Shown: piece by piece, positions 9,795-13,388 of the stretch
Position numbering within the stretch: position 1 is the stretch's first letter
Layout of the letters: every line of letters begins with the position of its first letter
Program-made: the position numbers and the translations under genes
DNA from: Bugula neritina
Taxonomy: Eukaryota; Animalia; Bryozoa
Length of the DNA: 13,388 nt
NCBI GenBank assembly: GCA_964035545.1
Contig: CAXIUT010000251.1
Coordinates: 1-13,388 of the forward strand
Direction: 5' to 3'
The notes under the pieces: model-generated
Database searches by the model: none
What the model was told of the DNA's origin: nothing
The model's input: only the letters and a program-made list of their open reading frames with translations

Positions 9795-11599
9795 ATGAAT
9801 AGAAAGAACCAAGATAAATAAAAGAACGAAAAAGACAAAGAAGAAGGAGTAGTACAACCAGTCATGCCAAAATTTATTCCCAACTGGACTCAACCTATCC
9901 GTTTCGATCGAATTCAAGTGAACGTCTCAGGTATACTTCCAACTATCCAGACTGTTAGTACGAAGTAGTGAGTAAAGTTTCGAAAGGACTTAAATGGAAA
10001 GTTAAAAGTGACCAAAATAATCCAGAGTGGGATTTATGGTGGACCGACTGGCAAATAACACCAGAAGTTTTGATGAAAATGGAACATCATCAGAAGATAA
10101 ACCATTTTCCAGGCATGTACACTCTTGCTAGAAAAAACCTTTTAGCAAAAAACTTGATGCGAATGCGGAAGAAAAGTGCATAATAATACAACTTCTTTCC
10201 TTTGACTTGGAATTTGCCTGGAGATTATCAATAGTTCAAGGCATACTACGACAATAAACCCAAAGGAAAGGCACGGACGTACATAGTAAAACCAGAATCA
10301 CTATCCCAAGGAAAAGGTATCTTTTTGACCAGAAAGTTATAAGATATCAATCCAGGCCAACACTGCGTAGTTCAAAGGTATTTAAGCCGACCCTATTTGA
10401 TTGATGGTTTGAAGTTTGATTTGAGGATTTATGTCTTGGTGGGAGGAGTGGACCCTTTGCGCATCTATATCTTTCGAGACGGGTTGGCTCGTTTTGCAAC
10501 TGAGTAGTACGTGGTTCCTAACAAGTAAAATATGGAAGACGTGTGTATGCATTTGACTAATTATGCCATTAACAAAGAAAGTGATAAGTTTGTCTTTAAC
10601 CAGGATTAAAAAGATATGAATGTTGGACATAAAAGAAATCTATAAGCTGTTTTCAAAATAATGGGCGAAAAAGGAGTAGATATTCCTCAGTTGTGGACTA
10701 GTATACAAGATCTCATTGTTAAAACTCTTATCAGCGGATACGCGCATCTTAAATTTCAATACAGATCTGCCCAACCTGAAAATTACCGAGGCGACATGTG
10801 TTTTTAAATTCTTGGATTCGATATCATAATAACTGAAGAAATTCAGCCGATTATGCTATAGATCAACTATACTCCTTCTTTTTCTACTGATACTCCTTTG
10901 GACTGGAACATAAAATCCAATTTGATCAGGGATTCGTTGATTTTGATGGGCATTAACAAAGAATTTAAAGAAGGGACAGTGAAATTAAGGAAATAATGTC
11001 GAGATATGCGTATGATGACGGGTAAAAAGAACAAGTTAACATTCTAGTAAAAATAGCAAAGAAGAATAGATAGTGTTAAATAAAAAGATTAATATATAAG
11101 CAATCATTTGGGTGGATTTACTCAAATATATCCCTTAGCAGCTGACAATCCTAAACAGATTGTTTATGAAAAGTTGCTCAAGATGTAGGGAGAGCCATAA
11201 CCTCAAAAAACAAAGAAGTTGTAGCCTCAAATGATAGTTAGAAGAAATACTTAGAAGTTTACTAAGCTGCCTCTTCTGTCAAAAGATTCTCACGAGTCGA
11301 AAAACTAATTAAAAAAGGTAATAGGTTCTAACAATTATATTGATAGGACTAAGATAATGATGAAGGGGTCATAGGATGAAAATATTATTGTTGAGTAGAG
11401 TTCTAAAACTCAGCCTGGAAGAGATTTTTCACAACGGCTGATAAAGAAGTTACGGGTTCGAGATATTTCTTCGAATGGCAAAAAGAAGTCACTGCATGTG
11501 AGGGAGACTCTGGTGCCTAAAACTATCCAATTCCAAGGTACCAAATTTGATGGACTCAACTAGGCATATCGCTTTAACTTCAATGGAACTAATTAGTGA
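9795..11599 (+). CDS. TTLL6: Tubulin polyglutamylase, TTLL6/13-type (tubulin-tyrosine ligase-like), ~594 aa; intron 9931-9950
   Basis: Motifs [85 protein letters not shown] and HLGGF.IYP. The Gln in SQGKG is the residue associated with elongase-type TTLLs. Stop TGA 11597-11599. Confidence 0.95.
9931..9950 (+). other. 20-nt intron GTATACTTCCAACTATCCAG
   Basis: Required to join ATG 9795 to the TTL frame (VNVSD|C*YEVV). Confidence 0.88.
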
Positions 11600-11630
11600 T
11601 CTTTTCATAATAACTTTGTTCATTCGTTAG

Positions 11631-11770
11631 TGATATGAGGTGATATGAGGTGAAATGAGTTGATATAAGATCATATGAGGTGATATAAGATCATATAAGG
11701 TGATATGAGGTGATATAAGATCATATGAGGTGATATGAGGTGATATGATCTCATATGAGGTGATATGAGG
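11631..11770. repeat. Intergenic/3' 10-nt tandem repeat x14 (TGATATGAGG, with variants TGATATAAGA and TCATATGAGG)
   Basis: Fourteen in-register decamers with no indels, starting 32 nt after the TTLL stop. Confidence 0.95.
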
Positions 11771-11852
11771 TGATTTTATATATTTTCCTTATTATTTAAT
11801 AGATGATGCCTGAGTTATATTTTGACTATTTTTGGATGTTAATATAAATAAT

Positions 11853-12788
11853 ATGGTGGGGAAGGGGGTATAATTTAAGCAGTAGTTATTTAAGACAATG
11901 AGTAATCGAACTCGATCAAATCCCAACGAGATATATTTAAAGTTGAATTCTAACCTTTCTCAGTTACAGACTCAAGTGAGGCATTTTAATTTTACTCAAT
12001 AGACGATAATAGATAAGATAAACCTTCCATCGAATAGAAAGCCAACTATCCAACAACGTTTAAAAACTATGACAGAACCTAAATATCAACAGCTGCTGTT
12101 GACTTGTGAACTTCCGAATCATCCTAAAAATAGTAATAGTAAAAATAAATGGACAAATAATCAAAGTAGTCCTAAAATACATCATCTAAAAGATAAAATA
12201 GATCATCTAAAAGATAAAATAGATCATCTAAAAGGTAAAATAGATCATCAAAAAGATAAAAATAATGTTTTCAATTTTAGATCACATCCCCTAAACAACA
12301 AATAAATGAATAAAAAATATCTATTTACCCCTAATAGCAAAAATAACCTCAACCTCAAAAACAAAGTATTGACAACAACTGCGCAACAACAATAGCCATG
12401 GGAATTTGGATAATAACCTGCCAAAGAAGAACATACGATTGATTATGTGCAGGTGGTTGAGTTGGCGAAGAGACAAGAGGTGAGAGTGGATGGAATGGGT
12501 GAGAAGAGACAAGAGGTGAGAGTGGACGGAATGGGTGAGAAGAGACAAGAAGTGAGAGTGGACGGAATGGGTAAGAAGAGTAGACTGAAGAGAAAGCTTA
12601 AGTAGTTATAGTTTTAGTGGTAGAAAACTGATGTTTTATGTTAGAAGATAAGTAGTTATTTGGGCAATTTTTAATCAAGCTAGAAGAGAAGTCAAACTCC
12701 TAGCAATAAAATAAATCAAGTTATCGATAAAATAAAAAAACATAGAACTTTGTCTACTCCACTCACCAAATATAAACAACAGTATTGA
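11853..12788 (+). CDS. Hypothetical protein, ~311 aa, with two internal peptide repeats
   Basis: ATG 11853 (alternative 11898) to TGA 12786-12788 with no internal TGA. Both internal repeats have unit lengths that are multiples of 3. Confidence 0.78.
12174..12257 (+). repeat. Coding minisatellite, 21 nt x4 (KIDHLKD heptad)
   Basis: AAAATAGATCATCTAAAAGAT units at 12174, 12195, 12216 and 12237. Confidence 0.93.
12468..12575 (+). repeat. Coding minisatellite, 36 nt x3 (KRQEVRVDGMGE)
   Basis: AAGAGACAAGAGGTGAGAGTGGA(T/C)GGAATGGGTGAG units at 12468, 12504 and 12540. Confidence 0.93.
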
Positions 12789-12933
12789 TCTATTCTTATT
12801 TATCATCAAATATACAATAGATAAATAGAGTTAGAGTGGTTTTAGCTAGTTAAAATCTAAATACAAAGAATATTCAGCAAATACTGATGGCTATATTGTG
12901 AAATGGTTCAGAATAATAAGTTGTTAATACTTA

Positions 12934-13239
12934 TCAGTTTCCTTTTTCTCCATTCAAAGTTTCAAGATCGTTTCCTTCTTCTTCGAACAATTCCATGCAC
13001 TTGGTCTGCATGCACATCACTATTCCTTGCATTTTTATGCCATTTGCGCTCTGCAAGCACAACACAAAGTCATCTTCTGTCTCACAAAACTGATACGCTT
13101 TCTCACAGGCAGTATCTTTCTGGCAATCACTAACAGTAGAAGCACACAAATCCAGACAGACCTATCTCCTATGTTGAGATGGAAACTCAGGTTGAGTGTA
13201 GCAGAGAGCTATTAGCAGTAAAATCAATAGAACTTTCAT
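12934..13239 (-). CDS. Small secreted cysteine-rich protein, 101 aa
   Basis: ATG 13239(-) gives the signal peptide MKVLLILLLIALC. The mature part has C-x3-C-x6-C-x5-C-x6-C-x8-C-x14-C-x4-C and an acidic tail. One in-frame TAG; TGA at 12936-12934. Confidence 0.88.
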
Positions 13240-13299
13240 TTTTTGAATTATTTATTATATGCTAACAAATAAAATAATGCACTTGTAGTTTATATCGAT

Positions 13300-13388
13300 T
13301 TGGGGTTGGGGTTGGGGTTGGGGTTGGGGTTGGGGTTGGGGTTGGGGTTGGGGTTGGGGTTGGGGTTGGGGTTGGGGTTGGGGTTGGG
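13300..13388 (+). repeat. Terminal telomere, (TTGGGG)14 + TTGGG
   Basis: Perfect T2G4 repeat running 5'->3' to the end of the sequence. This is the Tetrahymena-type ciliate telomere unit. Confidence 0.97.

Noticed and set aside
2455-11599. Functional ciliary gene cluster (CEP131-like, MORN, CCDC33-like, TTLL6)
   Set aside because: Such genes are very abundant in ciliate genomes, two assignments are tentative, and nothing in the sequence shows co-regulation.
6381-11770. CRISPR-like interpretation of the tandem arrays
   Set aside because: The units are directly adjacent with no unique spacers, there are no cas genes, and the context is eukaryotic.
519-13215. Most ORFs in the supplied six-frame track (e.g. 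519-743, 665-928, 3568-3804, 5338-5610, 5607-6047, 8915-9130, 12321-12548)
   Set aside because: They were computed with TAA/TAG as stops. They are antisense or off-frame shadows, or repeat translations. Only 618-803, 4012-4221, 4809-5033, 9968-10183, 12069-12305 and 12934-13149 are fragments of the real frames.
1-13388. Standard ciliate code (UAR=Gln), or pseudogenes with many nonsense codons
   Set aside because: TAA/TAG occupy conserved Glu positions, the frames stay free of TGA for up to 2.2 kb, and catalytic motifs are intact.

Overview
This is the telomere-bearing end of a gene-dense, AT-rich ciliate macronuclear chromosome. It terminates in (TTGGGG)14+ at 13300-13388. The supplied ORF track is fragmented because TAA and TAG are sense codons and TGA is the only stop. 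At conserved positions of a TTLL ligase, a Myb domain and a protein kinase, both TAA and TAG sit where Glu is expected, which points to UAR=Glu (translation table 30, described for peritrichs) rather than the usual ciliate UAR=Gln. Re-read by hand in that code, with tiny 20-21 nt GTA...AG introns, about 86% of the window resolves into ten genes: a partial protein kinase, a hypothetical protein, a coiled-coil protein (CEP131-like?), a two-repeat Myb protein, a MORN-repeat protein, a CCDC33-like C2/coiled-coil protein, a small 2-TM protein, a TTLL6-type tubulin glutamylase, a repeat-containing orphan and a telomere-adjacent secreted 8-Cys protein. The most unusual feature is a perfect 63-nt telomeric tract, (GGGGTT)10GGG. 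It lies in frame, exactly at a 24-nt minisatellite unit boundary, eight codons into the MORN gene, where it encodes a Gly-Val dipeptide repeat. All family assignments come from manual translation and motif recognition; no database search was run.
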